Shown: positions 51,392 to 64,000 of the stretch, one piece after another
Layout: each line of letters starts with the position of its first letter
Position numbering within the stretch: the stretch's first letter is position 1
DNA from: a virus
Taxonomy: Duplodnaviria; Caudoviricetes
Length of the DNA: 64,000 nt
IMG/VR virus record: IMGVR_UViG_3300014613_000027
Span: 6,487 to 70,486 of that record
Direction: 5' to 3' (one strand)
Notes under the pieces: generated by a model
Told to the model about the DNA's origin: nothing
Databases searched by the model: none
The model's input: the letters and a program-made list of their open reading frames with translations, nothing else
Translations under genes and position numbers: made by a program

Positions 51392-54300
51392 ATGAATGAT
51401 CCAGTGTCAATTAATAAAGTTAGAGAATCCAATGAAAAGAAAAGTTTCTTGCATAAAGAAGCTACTCGGCTGGTGAAAGAGCAGGCAACACAAATTTCTG
51501 ATATTCTTCAGACAATTTCTGGAGTTGCTCCTACTATGCAGGATGTAATCTTAGAGTCGAAGGAGTTGAAGTTAATTCAATACCTTATTAATCAGATGCT
51601 TGATCCTCATGCTTCAATTTATACAAAAGGTAAATAGGGAGAACTAAATGAACTGGTGGCAAACAACAATATTAATAGCTGCTTTAGGATTTCTTATATC
51701 GCCTTTTATCATTTTTGGTATCTTACATATGGTGGATGTTTGGAAAGAAGCATTAGAGAGGTTGTTGAAATGAAAGAACACGATCTACCAAGTTGTAAAA
51801 GTTGTGAGTTCTATATTTTTGGATGGGCTAATACTTATGAATGTCGTAGGTATCCCCCTTTAGATAACAATGGAGCATGGCCACCCGTAAGAGAGAATGA
51901 CTGGTGTGGTGAGTGGAAAGAATCAACAACTGTTTATGCAAAAGGTGAAGAGAACAAGGACGACACTACTAGGATAACTCTACCGAAGAAGGAGGGTAGA
52001 CCTCCATATCATTGTAAACCTGTTGAAGAGTTAATAACTGAGGATGATGTTATAAAAGCTATTGCGTATGATGAGAATTCTCAGAATCCTAAAGAAGTAA
52101 ATATTCCTATAGTGTCTGGACCTCCAGCAGACTTTGTGACTGCTGTTGTAGGTAAACATGACATAGAGAATGAACCTTTAATAGATGTTAAAAATAAGGG
52201 TGAAGTTATAATGAGTATTGATTGGTCTATTAAATGTACTAAGTGTAAAAAAGTGTTTGATAATTCTAATGACATGTTAGTAAACATATCTGTCTTGTGT
52301 CCTGAATGTATGCCAAAGAAGGGAGATTAATGCCACGTCCAATTGAAAGAGATACAAATATATATAATAGTAATGGATATGATGAAAATGGTAAACGAAA
52401 GGATACTCTTGTTTCTGCTTTTATGGAACATGGAGAAGAGATAGCAAGACGAAGGAATCCAAATATTAAAAGACTCGGGAGCAGAAATATAGAATCTCCA
52501 ACACTGCGTCTTGCGGCTAGTTTACTTAACCAGGCTGCAGATCATTTGGATTGCAATGAGTACAATGAATATTTCGAAACCCTGCAACATGCTCGTTCTA
52601 CATTGTCCACGATAACAGATATAATATATAAGGTATCTAAGGAAATGAAGGTTAAAGAGTAATGAATATTGAAGAAAAGAAAGAACTAATAGATAATGCC
52701 ACATATTATGAGTTGGAAAAAATCTGGTTTAATGATGGAAATTATATAACTGGTGAATTTCCAGATGAAAAATTCTTCGATTCCGAAGAGATTATGGATT
52801 ATTACAAAGACCAAATTAAAAAGAAAGAGTTTATAGGTGAACACGGTAGTACCAGAGAGGAAGAAGCTGCTGGTAGGCAGCGAATGACAGTACTTAGAAT
52901 TCTCCTTGCGTATGCTGGAGGCGGTAAAACCAAAGCAACCACTCTCAAGCAGGAAGCACTCGACTTGTCATGTCCTTGCTGCTGTGAACCAATGGAGAAA
53001 CCAGAAATCATAGGGATGGAAGAAAATCGTTTTACTAGAGAAGATGGATCATTTGAACATGGTGTTCAGATTCAGTGTAATAAATGTAACACAGTTGGAA
53101 TTTATCCAATAAGAGATTTGTAAAGGGTAAAAATAATGAGGGATAAGGCAGAAGTTAATAATAAATGTAGTCAATGCAGACCACATAGATGTCCGATTTG
53201 TGGTGGGAAGGGGTCTGTTCCATCTACAACTCGTTCAGTAAATAATGAAGGAAGATCATATCAAAAGGATGAAACAGAGATATGTGGTGGTTGTTGTGGC
53301 GCAAAGATTGTGTGGCCTCCTTGTAGTATGAGTTTAGATAAATGAGAACCTCAGACGAAACTGATGCTGTAGTGGCTAAGATTGAACAAGGCATCTGCCC
53401 AGCTTGCGGAGGTAAGTTAAAAGCTAAAGAGATAATCGAAGGTCCCTATATTTCCAGTCTCGGTTGTAAACCAAGTTGTGGTTTTGTAATGTGGAGTTCG
53501 AAGCTTCATACTGAGTGGTTTGTAGAAAAGAAGGCGAGCTAAGATGACTAAACTAACAATAACTAAAGAACCTTCAGTTACCTATAAAGTAAGAGGTGTT
53601 GCATCTATAGGAGGTTGGGCAGATATAACAATCCGTGAGTGGGAAGGCGGAGGATCATTCTCCTGCCAATCTGATTATGGAGATTATGCTTATACCTGGG
53701 GTTCTATAGGACAAGGGAACTTAAGAGAATTCCTTTGCTGGGTTGATAAAGATTATTTCTTGAAGAAGACTAGGCCGAAGGATTACCGAGTCTTCGATTC
53801 AGAAGCAACTCATACAGCAGTTAGAGAAGAAATTCTTCTTAAGCGCAGAGACCGGATTCTTACTAGAGAAGAAGCTAGAGCATGCTGGTATGAATATGAA
53901 GAAATTATCAATGGAGGAAATTATATTTCTACTGATTCATTCTTTTATCACTTAAGACATTTAGAGTTATTAGATATACTTTGGGAAAATGATTATGAGT
54001 ATGTGCCTACAAGAGAAAAGTATAACCCTGAGTGTGATGCATTCTGGGAGAACATCTGGCCGTATATTATAGAGTATTGGAAGGAAGAGTTGAAATAAGA
54101 AAGGATACGAGAGGAATAAAAATGAATGAAATAGAATTAAAGAATCAAGTTGATATGATGCTAAATGTTATATCTGCATGTATGTCTTTTCGAGGAGGTT
54201 TTGTTTTACCTGAAGAATTAGGAAAAAGTAATGTTAGAGAATTTTTAAAAGTCTGTAAACAAAATAGTGTTGAAATTATTGTTCGTACTGATGGTGGGGA

Positions 54301-57251
54301 GCATGTACTGTAATGACTAAGATATGTTTAGAAATTGGTAAGCCTGTAGATTGGAATGAAAAGGATAAGTATACTTTTGCTTCTGTAACAGATTGGTGTG
54401 AGGACTGTTTTTTAGACAAGAATATGTATAAGTGTCATATAGCAATTGGGCGTCCTGATGTTGTGTATCTGGATGATGATATTAAATACATACGTCCTGC
54501 TGAATGTAAGAAGTTGGAAGTGAAAAAGGATAAATAATGTATGGACCTCCAGATGATGTAGAAGGAAAGTGTAATGCTCGTCTTTATCTCGGTGATGATA
54601 TGGGAGATAATTATTCTACTTTCATATGTTTACTAGAGCTAGGTCATAAAGGCCCACATGAAGAAACCTTTAATAGGAGTCCTGGTGAGTGTACTGTTAG
54701 CTGGGAGAAGGATGAGAGTGCATTGTGCTCAAATTGTAGAAAAAGAGTAGATGCAAGTTATTTATTCGGGAAAAATAAAATTTGTTTCTGGTGCAGAGAA
54801 CAAATTAAACATAATAGTTGGAATGCCTTTGGGGTAATTTATGGGTGTCCTTATCCAGAAGGTAGTTGGCAATACAAAGAGTGGATGTGTGGATATAAGT
54901 TTATGGTGAAGCGTGAGCGAGATAAAAGAGCGAAAGAGAAAAAGAAGAACAAAAGGAGTAACAATGGACGAAGTAAAAGAAATAGTTAAATTTGATCCAA
55001 CCAAGCTAGCAGACCACCTGAAAGACAAAATCAGGCTGGACATTGCCGAGCTTATGCCAGAGGAAATGTGGCAGGGGCTGCTTAAGAATGAAATCGAGAA
55101 GTTTATAACTGAACAACCGGCAGGCAATGGGTATAGTAATCGCACAACATCAAGCGATTTGAGTAAACTAACAAAGGAAATCCTTAAAAAAGAACTTGAA
55201 AAAAAGATAGGTGAATACTTCGCTGGCGAGGAGTGGGCTGGCAAATGGGAATCCAGGGGGACAGGCGGACCACAGGCCCTACTTGGCAAAGCAGTTAAAG
55301 AGATAATTGTAGATAATGCAGACATCATGTTTGAGAATATGATTGCTGGGGCAGTGTCAAGCGTATTGAGGCAACTCAAAGATACAGCATCAAACAACTA
55401 TTAGGAAAGAGATAATGTTTGGTAAAAAGAAGAAAGAAATCAAAGAAATAATGCCTAAATCTTTTCCTTTGGTTGGAAGAGTTTATGATCATCGAGAGCA
55501 GAATCTGACGCTTGTACATATTACTCATATTCATGATTATCTTGTTGTCTACGATATTTATAAAGATGGTATTATGGAAACCAAAGGTCGGTTGAGATCA
55601 TTCTGCGACTTCGAAAAATCCTATGATACTTCCCAAGTAGTGTGCTTTTTCAAAAATGTTAAAGATCACTTCGAGGCATCGGCTACTCGGGCTGAGATGA
55701 AAGAAAAAATAGATCAGTTGAAAAGGAGGGTTATTCAGTTAGAACAAGATAAAGCGTTTTTAGAGGGTAAAACAATTTCCACAGAAATGGAGTAAAACAA
55801 TGTCTGATAAACCAAAAACGCTAGGAAACACTGATGTCAATGGAGCTAAGAAGAATGTTGAAGATTTGGTAGTTTTCGGGAATGGAGATATGTTCAAACT
55901 ATTATCGAAAGCATCTTCACAAGCTGAGGGGTGGATGAAATCCACCAAGGCTATGGAGATTCCAAATGTTGGTTGTATAGTCCAGATAACTACTCAACAG
56001 GGTGATAATGTAGCTGAAGCTGCAGTATTTGTACCTGGAGTTAAGATTAAAGAGATCAATGCAGGAACTCCGTCTATACGTAGGGAGTTAGTTTCCTTCA
56101 CTAGTTAGATGTGGAGAAGCTAATCACAGCAGTCTACCATTGTATAGAATGTTCTCATATATTTATAGAAATCTGGCATGATAAAGGTAAGTTATATCCA
56201 CCTGTGAGCGCAGAAGCTTTAGAGGTTCCAACAGAATCTCCTTTTCATCCTCCATGTCCAAAATGCGGTTCTCTATATTATAAACGCACAAAGTAATTTA
56301 TAGTAGGATATAAAAGGAGCATAAAAGGAGAAATAAAATGCAAGAAATTAAAAGTAAAGGAATTACTCAAATAGTTCAGTGGATGTCAGTAGAACAACTT
56401 ACTAAAAAAGGTTGGAATATTATCGGTATGTATCAAGAAACTGGTAACGAGCCTTGTAATGATACAATTCCAGATTCAAACGGAGGTTATCAAGGAGCTA
56501 TATTGTCTGTTACTAAGCATCTGCCACATACAGAGACTTTTTTCATATTGGAGCTAGATGCAGAATCTTCTTTAGTTGATATGAATGCTACGATAAAAAA
56601 ACAAGAAGAGGAAATTAAAGGAGCCCTTATAATTCAGAAAGCTCAAACTGAGAAGGTAGCTGAGTTGACGGAAGAACGAGATAAATTCCAAGGTATAGCA
56701 AACCACAAAGAGGATCAACGAGAGGAATATGCTAAAAAGTATAGCAATACTCTTACTATCAAAAACAATATGGAAGCTGATATAGGTAAGATTGAAAAGG
56801 CTATTGGAACTCAGAAGATGAAGGAGATACTAGAGGAGAAGTAATGACGATTCTTAAAATACTTGAGGTACAATCGAGTGCAGCCGATGGAATGTTAGAT
56901 AAGGCTATCCAAATAAATTCAAGCGTAATTATGCTTCAAGAAGATAGTCCTCCATCTGCTAGAACAGTGTATGAAATAGCTTGTGGAATAGAAGAGTTAA
57001 TTGAAGAGCGAGATAGGTATAAAAAGTTAGCTGAAGAATGTGGTAATTGGGATTGTTGTGGACTTCTTGTAGGGAGTTATCCGTTGAAACCTGATGCAAA
57101 GCAATGCTGGGAAGTTAATATTGGTACAGATGCTTGGTGTCCAATATGTTTAGCTCATGCTATGTTATACCCAGATAGAGAACCTGGTAAAGCAGCAGCA
57201 AGACAAGGAGGAATCCCCGATGAATACAAACAAAAAACCTCTACTAAGTAA
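51392..57251 (+). other. Run of small hypothetical CDSs: 51392-51637, 51770-52330, 52330-52662, 52662-53123, 53136-53345, 53342-53542, 53544-54098, 54122-54313, 54313-54537, 54537-54989, 54964-55404, 55415-55795, 55800-56108, 56111-56296, 56338-56844, 56844-57251
   Basis: Packed + strand ORFs, many with CxxC pairs and stop/start overlaps. Confidence 0.65.
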
Positions 57252-57702
57252 AATTTTCGCAATTTTAGGAGCAGTCATAGGCTTACTAGCAGCAGCTACT
57301 CCAGGTGTAGTAGAGTACCTGGATAAGTCCGAGTATCACGCCCAGGCACAAGCTCAAAAGTCTGAAGAGATGACTGAACTTGCCTATGAGAAGATTAGGT
57401 TAGAGTTGGTGTATATTCACGAGCAGGTCAAAGAACTCAAGGAGAATGATAGAGCCAAGAACAAACTCCTGGCCGAGATGCTCCTGGAACGAGCGAGGAC
57501 GGCTCCTGGCAGGGCTCCAGCATCTGTTGTGCGTAGTCATAGGTTTCGGCAAGTACATGGCGAGGAGGGCGATCTAGAGGGTTTAACATTGGATGAGCCT
57601 CAAGAGGCTGCGGATGCATTTATGGGTGAAGCTGAAGAATTGGAACCTCCTGTTCAACAACTTCCAATAAATTTAGAAAAAGAATGGAAAATGAGGAAAT
57701 AA
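57220..57702 (+). CDS. Membrane-anchored coiled-coil protein
   Basis: IFAILGAVIGLLAAA transmembrane helix followed by heptad repeats. Confidence 0.6.
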   Translation: MNTNKKPLLSKIFAILGAVIGLLAAATPGVVEYLDKSEYHAQAQAQKSEEMTELAYEKIRLELVYIHEQVKELKENDRAKNKLLAEMLLERARTAPGRAPASVVRSHRFRQVHGEEGDLEGLTLDEPQEAADAFMGEAEELEPPVQQLPINLEKEWKMRK

Positions 57703-57703
57703 A

Positions 57704-60700
57704 ATGACTTTCTATGATGATCTAAAATCTAAAATTGAAGCTTTAATGAAACCAGAGATCTTCGAGGAGCTATCTCCTGCTGAAGTCCAATATGTAGAAG
57801 CTGCACACGAGTTGATGATAAATAATAGAAAAATCTTTCAAACTCAGATGGATGTTATCCTTGATTTATATTCTAAGTATATAAAGAAAAACTCTTCCAA
57901 GTAATTTAACATTAACCTTAATGAGGAAACCAATGGGCGATAAAATAGAATTGAATGTAGGAGATGCACTTACAGTGCTGGAGATGGCCAATGATCTGGA
58001 AGCATATTATAGAAGTGAGATCTATATAAAATATAACGATTTGGCTACCGTAGGTAGCAAGATGAGAAATGTGCAGAAAGTTAGAAAGCTCCTTAAGGTT
58101 GTGGAACCTGAGAAGAAAATGAATAAATGATAGTTGAAGTTATAACTAAGCAATTTATTTTATGTCCTTATTGTGGCAAGAGCGAACATTGTATTCAACA
58201 TTTATTGATTAAAAAGGAAAGTCCTTCTTGGGGTCCTTGGTTATGTCGTGAGTGTAATCATGAATTTAGCTTTCAGTTTAAAGATGGAGAAATTTTTATA
58301 ACTAAAGTAGAGAAGAGAAAAGCTATACCCATGCTGAGTCTTCTTAAGTTTAGAGACTTATATGTAGTTGTAGAAAGATTCTCAAAAATAGAAGATAAAG
58401 AAGATTGGTATGACTATCTATTTCATAGTCATCAATGTCCTACTAATATTATGGGTGATGTTATAGAGGTTTTTGATAAAGACGAAGTAGACCCACATGG
58501 TTTGTTTAGGTTTATTGCCGCTTTAGAAGATACTGAATACAATAGATCAAAGTTGGAAGAGGTATTTAAGAAGGAAGATCTTTTTGAATTGTTTGAAACA
58601 GATGGTAGTGAAGCTCCTACAGCTTGGCCTGAAGAAGATAAAGGTGTTTTATCTTTTATTGCTGAAGCAAGGTATAAAAAGGAAAAAGATAAATGAATGA
58701 AGTAATTGATTACGATAATATCTGGTGCTCCTGTCCTGAATGCAACGGGGTTGTTCAAATAGGTTCACAACAGAAGCATAAATTAGGGGGATCTTATGAT
58801 GCTAAATGTCCTGGATGTGGGCATAGCTTTCAATATATGTATGAGGAAACTACAGAAGAAATTATAGATAAAACTGTAGTGAATTTCGAGAAGCTCAAAC
58901 GTAAGAAGAAGATAGGCCAGTTAATCAAACAACTCAAACTAAAAGGTTATATTGAGTAAAGGAGAAAATGATGGATTTTGTAATAGGAAATGGACAAGGT
59001 TTTGAGGAGAAGGATGTAATTTTAGCTATTTTACAACTGGATTTAGAGTCCAAGGTTCAGGTAGTTGAGGTTATAGTTAATGATTTGGTGGGGATGATTG
59101 ATAAGGGTGACAGCGCATTGGCTTCTGCCGATGATAAAGAAGTCGGCGTATTTGCTGAGATTAGCCTTAAGGAAATCATGCAGAGTATAGTGAAGGCAAT
59201 TTCGAATAAGGGGTAGGTTTTATGTCTAGGCTAAGGGATTTTAAGATTGAAGTAAAAGAGCAAGGTGCTCCAATAGTTGGACAAGGTTACATTTTTAAGA
59301 AGTACGAGGATCTTGTGGCTGTTGGTATAAATATGGAAAGTAAGTATTGTATAATCGATAGTATTGGTGGAAGCAGTAATGGTATTCCGCAGATAATAAT
59401 AGGAACTAATAGAAGTTCTGTAGGGTTGGATTCTAGTAAGAATCGAGGAGATCTTACTATTATAGATTTTCCTGATTTTAAACATTGGGTTCTTTGGTCT
59501 GCTCATATTAGTAAATATGTGTTGTCTGTTTGCCTGGTGAAATGATGAAAAGAATAAATTGCGGTAAAGCTTACGATATAACTTTAGCAGTTATAGTAGT
59601 ATTATTTTTGCTTTTTGTATTCAAAGTGGAGGGTTTAATATGAGTGAAGAATCAGAGAAAAGATTTAAGTATAAATGTCGTCTTTGCGGGAACATTTTTA
59701 GCATATCGGCAGATGATATGCCTAATCCAGAAGCTGTATTAGAGTCTTTTATGAGGGTGCCTTCAGCTTTAACTCTGATTCATAAAGCTTGTCCTTACGG
59801 TTTAGGTATAGGTGATCTGGAAGGTTTATTTTTTAAGAAAGAAAAATAGAACGAAGATGCAAAACAAAAAAGTTTACAGCGAGAAGAAACTGAAAGCTAA
59901 AAATATTTATATTGTTCCGGCTATTTCTTTTGAAGTTAATACTAATATTGGATCTTTAATTTCTTTATCTTGGCTAGATGGTCAAGTAGGCGTGTTTCCA
60001 GTTTTCACAAATAAGAAAAAGGCTTTGAAGTATCTTAAATCTGTAGGACTTGATAAAGAAGAATTGCTTACAGGTGTTAAAAGGAGTTAGGTTATGAGCT
60101 GCTCATGCGCGATAGATATGGATCATGATGAAGGTCCCGAGGTCTGCAGTGAAACAAGACCAAAAGCTAGAAAAGAGCACAGGTGCTGCGAGTGTAGAAG
60201 AATTATCAAAAAGGGAGAGCAGTACAATAATACTTCAGGTCTTTGGGACGGTGGTTGGGATACTTATAAGACTTGTACTGATTGCGAATCTATCAGAGAT
60301 GCTTTGTTTTGTTCTTTTATCTATGAAACTCTTTGGGGGCAGTTAAGTGAGACTTTTAGTGATAGTCCTGAAGTTCCTTCGGCAGAATGTATGATGAAGT
60401 TAACTAAACCTGCCAGAGATAAAGTCTGTGATTTGATAGAGAAGTATTGGGAAGAGGAGTAAACTAAGGAGAGATTTGATATGACTGAACAGTGTTTATT
60501 TTGGGAAGCTGTAGAATCTCATTTTGATGATTTATGGATTCCTTTTATGCGAAAACGGCTTGGAGGAGTGTGGATAGGACTTCTAGTTTGTCCGTGGACG
60601 AAAGAATATAGAGTTACACATGAAGGTGTTGATGCTTATCGGGGTACAAATCGTGAAGAGATAGAAAAAGCTTTGAATGATTTACAGTATGAAGAGGAGG

Positions 60701-60989
60701 AGTAGCTATGGAAGTCAACGGAGTACAAGCTTATACTAATGCAGAAATTCGTGAAATCTGGGTAAAGGGCAGGAAGGTAACTTTTCAGAGATGTGATGAA
60801 CTAGCAAAACAAGGTTATGTTTTTGTGGTTAATAATAATCAAAATTTTGGATATTCTGCGAAGTGGGAACCTTATCAGCCGATTAAAGTAACACAATCGA
60901 AAAATAATAACCCTAATACTTTGTGGGCGATTAAGCCAGAGCCGACAGGGGATTTGACATATTATTACAACAATGTAGCTTGGAGGTGA
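57704..60989 (+). other. Run of small hypothetical CDSs: 57704-57904, 57921-58130, 58127-58696, 58693-58959, 58968-59216, 59222-59545, 59640-59849, 59857-60090, 60094-60462, 60481-60705, 60708-60989
   Basis: Packed + strand ORFs; several Zn-ribbon types (e.g. KARKEHRCCEC). Confidence 0.65.
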
Positions 60990-60990
60990 G

Positions 60991-62598
60991 ATGGTGGATA
61001 AAGAAAAATCGGAATATTGGCAACCCTGGGTTGTGAGTAAAGATTTAAAAGGACAGGAATTTCCTTGTGCTCAAGATGGTTGTAAAACAGTACTCAAAGC
61101 AGGTGATCCATATTGGGGAGTACCTTATAGATCAGCAATGTTTTGTCCTTCTTGCTATAAAACCCATGTATTAGGTAAAAATGACACTGAAGAAACACAC
61201 TGGGTTAATAATCTTACTCTATGGAATTGGGATCAGTTGATTGGCAGGAAGCTTCAAGGATTTGGTGTTGACTTTGATCACCTCAAATCTGTTGAAGTTA
61301 CAGGAGTATTAGATAAAGATACAATACTACCTAGTTTAGTACTTAAAGGTAGTGCTGATGAGGACTCCTTACCTTTATCTGAGATAAAAGGAAATTTCAA
61401 GTTGATTGGTACTCCACCTCCAGCGCCGAAGAGAATTGAAGAATGGGATGATAGCTTAGCTGGGAAGTCGGCAGTTTGTATACCTTTACAAGGAAGGCCA
61501 GAAACTGGTGGAGAAATTGTTACTCTTCTGCGGGGAGATCCTAATGATAGTACACTGGTTTATATTAGAAAGTCTAATGGGGAAGAACCAAGTGAAAGTT
61601 TTGGTATTTATCACTATATGTTGAAGGAGGGGGAGCCTACCTTAGATGCAGCCTACTATACAAAAACCAAAGCATCCTTTATAGGAACTGTTACTGGGGT
61701 TAAGGTTATACCCAGGGTTTTCAATGAAACTGAAATAGTTGAGAATTGGAAAACATATAAATATTCAGCAGTATCTAAAGGTGGATATTTAACCATTGAG
61801 GGAACAACTGGAGATACATCTATTTGGATTAATGGTGAAGAAATTACTGATCCCTTGACTAAGCTTTATATGACAAATTCAGCTTTTAGATCAGTTTGTG
61901 ATAGGGTAGCTGCAAGCATAGGTGAATCTCTAGAGACTATTAAGCGTGCATTTAACTCTCTACTTAAAGCTTTTGGACCTCCTCTTAATGAGTGGGCAAA
62001 TAGAATAGGAGAAATTTGTGAACAGCTTAATCGTTTTGAAGTAACTCATAGTTGTGTTTTCCAATTCCCAGATGATAAAGGAAATCCGGGAGAGACTATC
62101 AGGATTCCTTCTCCTGAAGGTCCTGAGTGGCTTTCTGAAACTATTTATGATGAATGGGCAAAGAGAAGGAAAGGCCAGAGATCTCCTCAGATATATGTTT
62201 TTGAAGAGGACCAATTTCAAATATGCTTTCCAGGATTTGACGTAGGTTCTTTCGATGAGGATTATCTTGCTGGAGTAACACACGATTCTGCAAGGATGTT
62301 AGGTCATGAATATTCTATTAGAATTGATGATGAGGAGCCCAGACTTCTTTCTCTTACGAGGCATTACAGAATTAGACCTCCAGGTACATTTATAGATCCT
62401 TCACTAGGACTTCCTTTATTTAGTCCTCTATTGACCTCGAAGCCTCTCTCTGGCTTCTGGGTGGAAGATCATCAGCTTGTGTACGCCAAGAAGCACCAGG
62501 AGTCTTCTGAGTATCCTGGAGCCGATAAGCGGGCTCCTGAGAAGAAATGGTCGGGTGTGTGGTTAGAAGGTCATGCTCCGAAGATGGGGGAGTATTAG
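60991..62598 (+). CDS. Multi-domain hypothetical protein (535 aa)
   Basis: Long ORF with N-terminal CAQDGC..CPSC. Confidence 0.7.
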   Translation: MVDKEKSEYWQPWVVSKDLKGQEFPCAQDGCKTVLKAGDPYWGVPYRSAMFCPSCYKTHVLGKNDTEETHWVNNLTLWNWDQLIGRKLQGFGVDFDHLKSVEVTGVLDKDTILPSLVLKGSADEDSLPLSEIKGNFKLIGTPPPAPKRIEEWDDSLAGKSAVCIPLQGRPETGGEIVTLLRGDPNDSTLVYIRKSNGEEPSESFGIYHYMLKEGEPTLDAAYYTKTKASFIGTVTGVKVIPRVFNETEIVENWKTYKYSAVSKGGYLTIEGTTGDTSIWINGEEITDPLTKLYMTNSAFRSVCDRVAASIGESLETIKRAFNSLLKAFGPPLNEWANRIGEICEQLNRFEVTHSCVFQFPDDKGNPGETIRIPSPEGPEWLSETIYDEWAKRRKGQRSPQIYVFEEDQFQICFPGFDVGSFDEDYLAGVTHDSARMLGHEYSIRIDDEEPRLLSLTRHYRIRPPGTFIDPSLGLPLFSPLLTSKPLSGFWVEDHQLVYAKKHQESSEYPGADKRAPEKKWSGVWLEGHAPKMGEY

Positions 62599-62979
62599 AT
62601 GAGATTTATTCCTAAAACATGTGAAAAATGCGGGAAGACTTATAGATATATGCTTTCAGGATCTTCTTCTCCGAGTGACTGGAACAGGGCTCAAGGAGTT
62701 ACCTGGAAATATTGTAAGGTGTGTTCCGAGAAGACTTTTATGTCCCCAGAGTTCCAATGTCCTCCTGTAGAAAGGTTTGTAGTCAAGCTGAGGACTCTCT
62801 ATCATAATTGGATGATGAAGTATAGTTGGAGGTACAGAAAGGAGTGGAGGTGCGGTAGAGTGCCTGATAGGATGATTGATATGGGACCGTTAACAATTAA
62901 ACCATTTCCAAAGGTAGACCACCCTTCAAGCATTTATTTTTTGGAATTCGATATAGATAATAAAAAAGATATAGAGTAG
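62599..62979 (+). CDS. Hypothetical Zn-binding protein
   Basis: CEKC...CKVC. Confidence 0.6.
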   Translation: MRFIPKTCEKCGKTYRYMLSGSSSPSDWNRAQGVTWKYCKVCSEKTFMSPEFQCPPVERFVVKLRTLYHNWMMKYSWRYRKEWRCGRVPDRMIDMGPLTIKPFPKVDHPSSIYFLEFDIDNKKDIE

Positions 62980-63277
62980 AGAATATCATAAGGAATTTAA
63001 CCTTAACCAAATTTTCCAACAAAATCAATAACAAACCCAACTTTATAACCTTAACCCATGTATAATTTTACCTTAAGATCTTACTTTTTCCTACAAAGTA
63101 TTTTACACTATAGAAATGGGTTGCTTAAAAGTCTTTAGAAATTGTTTAGTTATTCTTCTTTGAGTTTTTTAGGGTTTACTGCGCTGGAGGGAGCTAGGAA
63201 TTTTTTTGAGAAAAAGTAAAATGAAATTATAATAGTCTGAGAAAAAAATAACAAAGGGAAAAAGGCTAAGGATCAAA

Positions 63278-64000
63278 ATGGGTAGTGGCGAATTATTTAA
63301 CGGTGACTGCTTCGAAGTGCTTAAACTAATGCCTGACAATTCGATTGATTCAGTAGTTACAGATCCTCCAGCGGGTATCTCATTCATGGGTAAGAAATGG
63401 GATAGTAACAAGGGCAACCGAGACAAGTGGATTGCTTGGTTGCGAGACATAATGATTGAGGCTTTGCGAGTTATGAAACCAGGGGCGCATGGGTTTGTTT
63501 GGGCGTTACCTCGCACTTCTCACTGGACGGCTATGGCTTTGGAGGACGCAGGTTTTGAAATTAGGGATTGTGTTTATCAAATATTTGGGACGGGATTCCC
63601 GAAAAGTAGGGATATCGGAAAAGCTATCGATTCAGAGGCGGGGGTTGAACGTGAGGTTATAGGGGTGCATAGGCGACATGGGGGTGGGCAACAAACAAAA
63701 GTACCCGATAGCCACTCGGACGCGCACAATATGTGTCGATTGGGTACTGATAGTGAGTTACCATTAACCGCCCCCGCAACCCCCGAAGCCGAACAATGGC
63801 AAGGATGGGGCACTGCGTTAAAACCGAGCGTTGAATGCTGGTGGCTGATCCGTAAACCACTATCCGAAAAAACCGTAGCGGCTAACGTGCTCAAATGGGG
63901 AACCGGCGCGATTAATATAGATGGGTGTAGGGTTGGAACTGACACACTACCTGAACATGTTTCAAGTGCGACGGCGGGGGGGGGGGGGGGGTTTTTTGGG
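63278..64000 (+). CDS. Site-specific DNA methyltransferase (N6_N4_Mtase type), 3'-truncated; not in the ORF track
   Basis: Own translation: MGSGELFNGDCFEVLKLMPDNSIDSVVTDPPAGISFMGKKWD...LRVMKPGAH...GTGFPKS...WGTALKPSVE...RKPL. Confidence 0.88.
   Translation, partial: MGSGELFNGDCFEVLKLMPDNSIDSVVTDPPAGISFMGKKWDSNKGNRDKWIAWLRDIMIEALRVMKPGAHGFVWALPRTSHWTAMALEDAGFEIRDCVYQIFGTGFPKSRDIGKAIDSEAGVEREVIGVHRRHGGGQQTKVPDSHSDAHNMCRLGTDSELPLTAPATPEAEQWQGWGTALKPSVECWWLIRKPLSEKTVAANVLKWGTGAINIDGCRVGTDTLPEHVSSATAGGGGGFFG

Noticed and set aside
62980-63270. Second GT-periodic array on the minus strand (AACCTTAACC-rich gap)
   Set aside because: Only a few TAACC words occur, with no sustained 5-nt register. It is more likely an AT-rich regulatory gap.
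63976-64000. G16 tract as a phase-variation switch in the methyltransferase
   Set aside because: It lies in the last 25 nt of the window in low-complexity G/T sequence, and a sequencing or contig-end artefact cannot be excluded.

Overview
This window is a 64-kb slice of a large, AT-rich tailed dsDNA phage genome, with essentially every credible gene on the + strand. (1) 1-10 kb is a recombination/replication module: gp32-like SSB, RecA, SbcD/SbcC, a RusA-like resolvase and an unexpected trigger-factor-like chaperone. (2) 10.5-22.5 kb and 34.3-36.1 kb hold large acidic, probably virion-head proteins punctuated by a recurring [RK][RK][AGS]Q motif, plus a free-standing GIY-YIG endonuclease and a DUF192 protein. 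(3) 22.8-63 kb is an accessory region of many small genes, divided into modules by five copies of a sigma70-type promoter. It carries a DnaJ-like protein, two DNA methyltransferases, a solo TnpB, a nested tRNA-like RNA cluster, a 12-bp coding tandem repeat, a UvrD-like helicase and a radical SAM enzyme. The most striking locus is at 45351-46478. A stand-alone Cas7/RAMP-like gene is followed directly by a 512-nt non-coding array that parses into 98 consecutive units, each ending in GT or GC (76 pentamers, 22 hexamers). This looks like a phage-encoded RNA-guided system with a non-CRISPR, dinucleotide-coded guide (VIPR-like architecture). All family assignments come from motif recognition by eye; no database searches were run.
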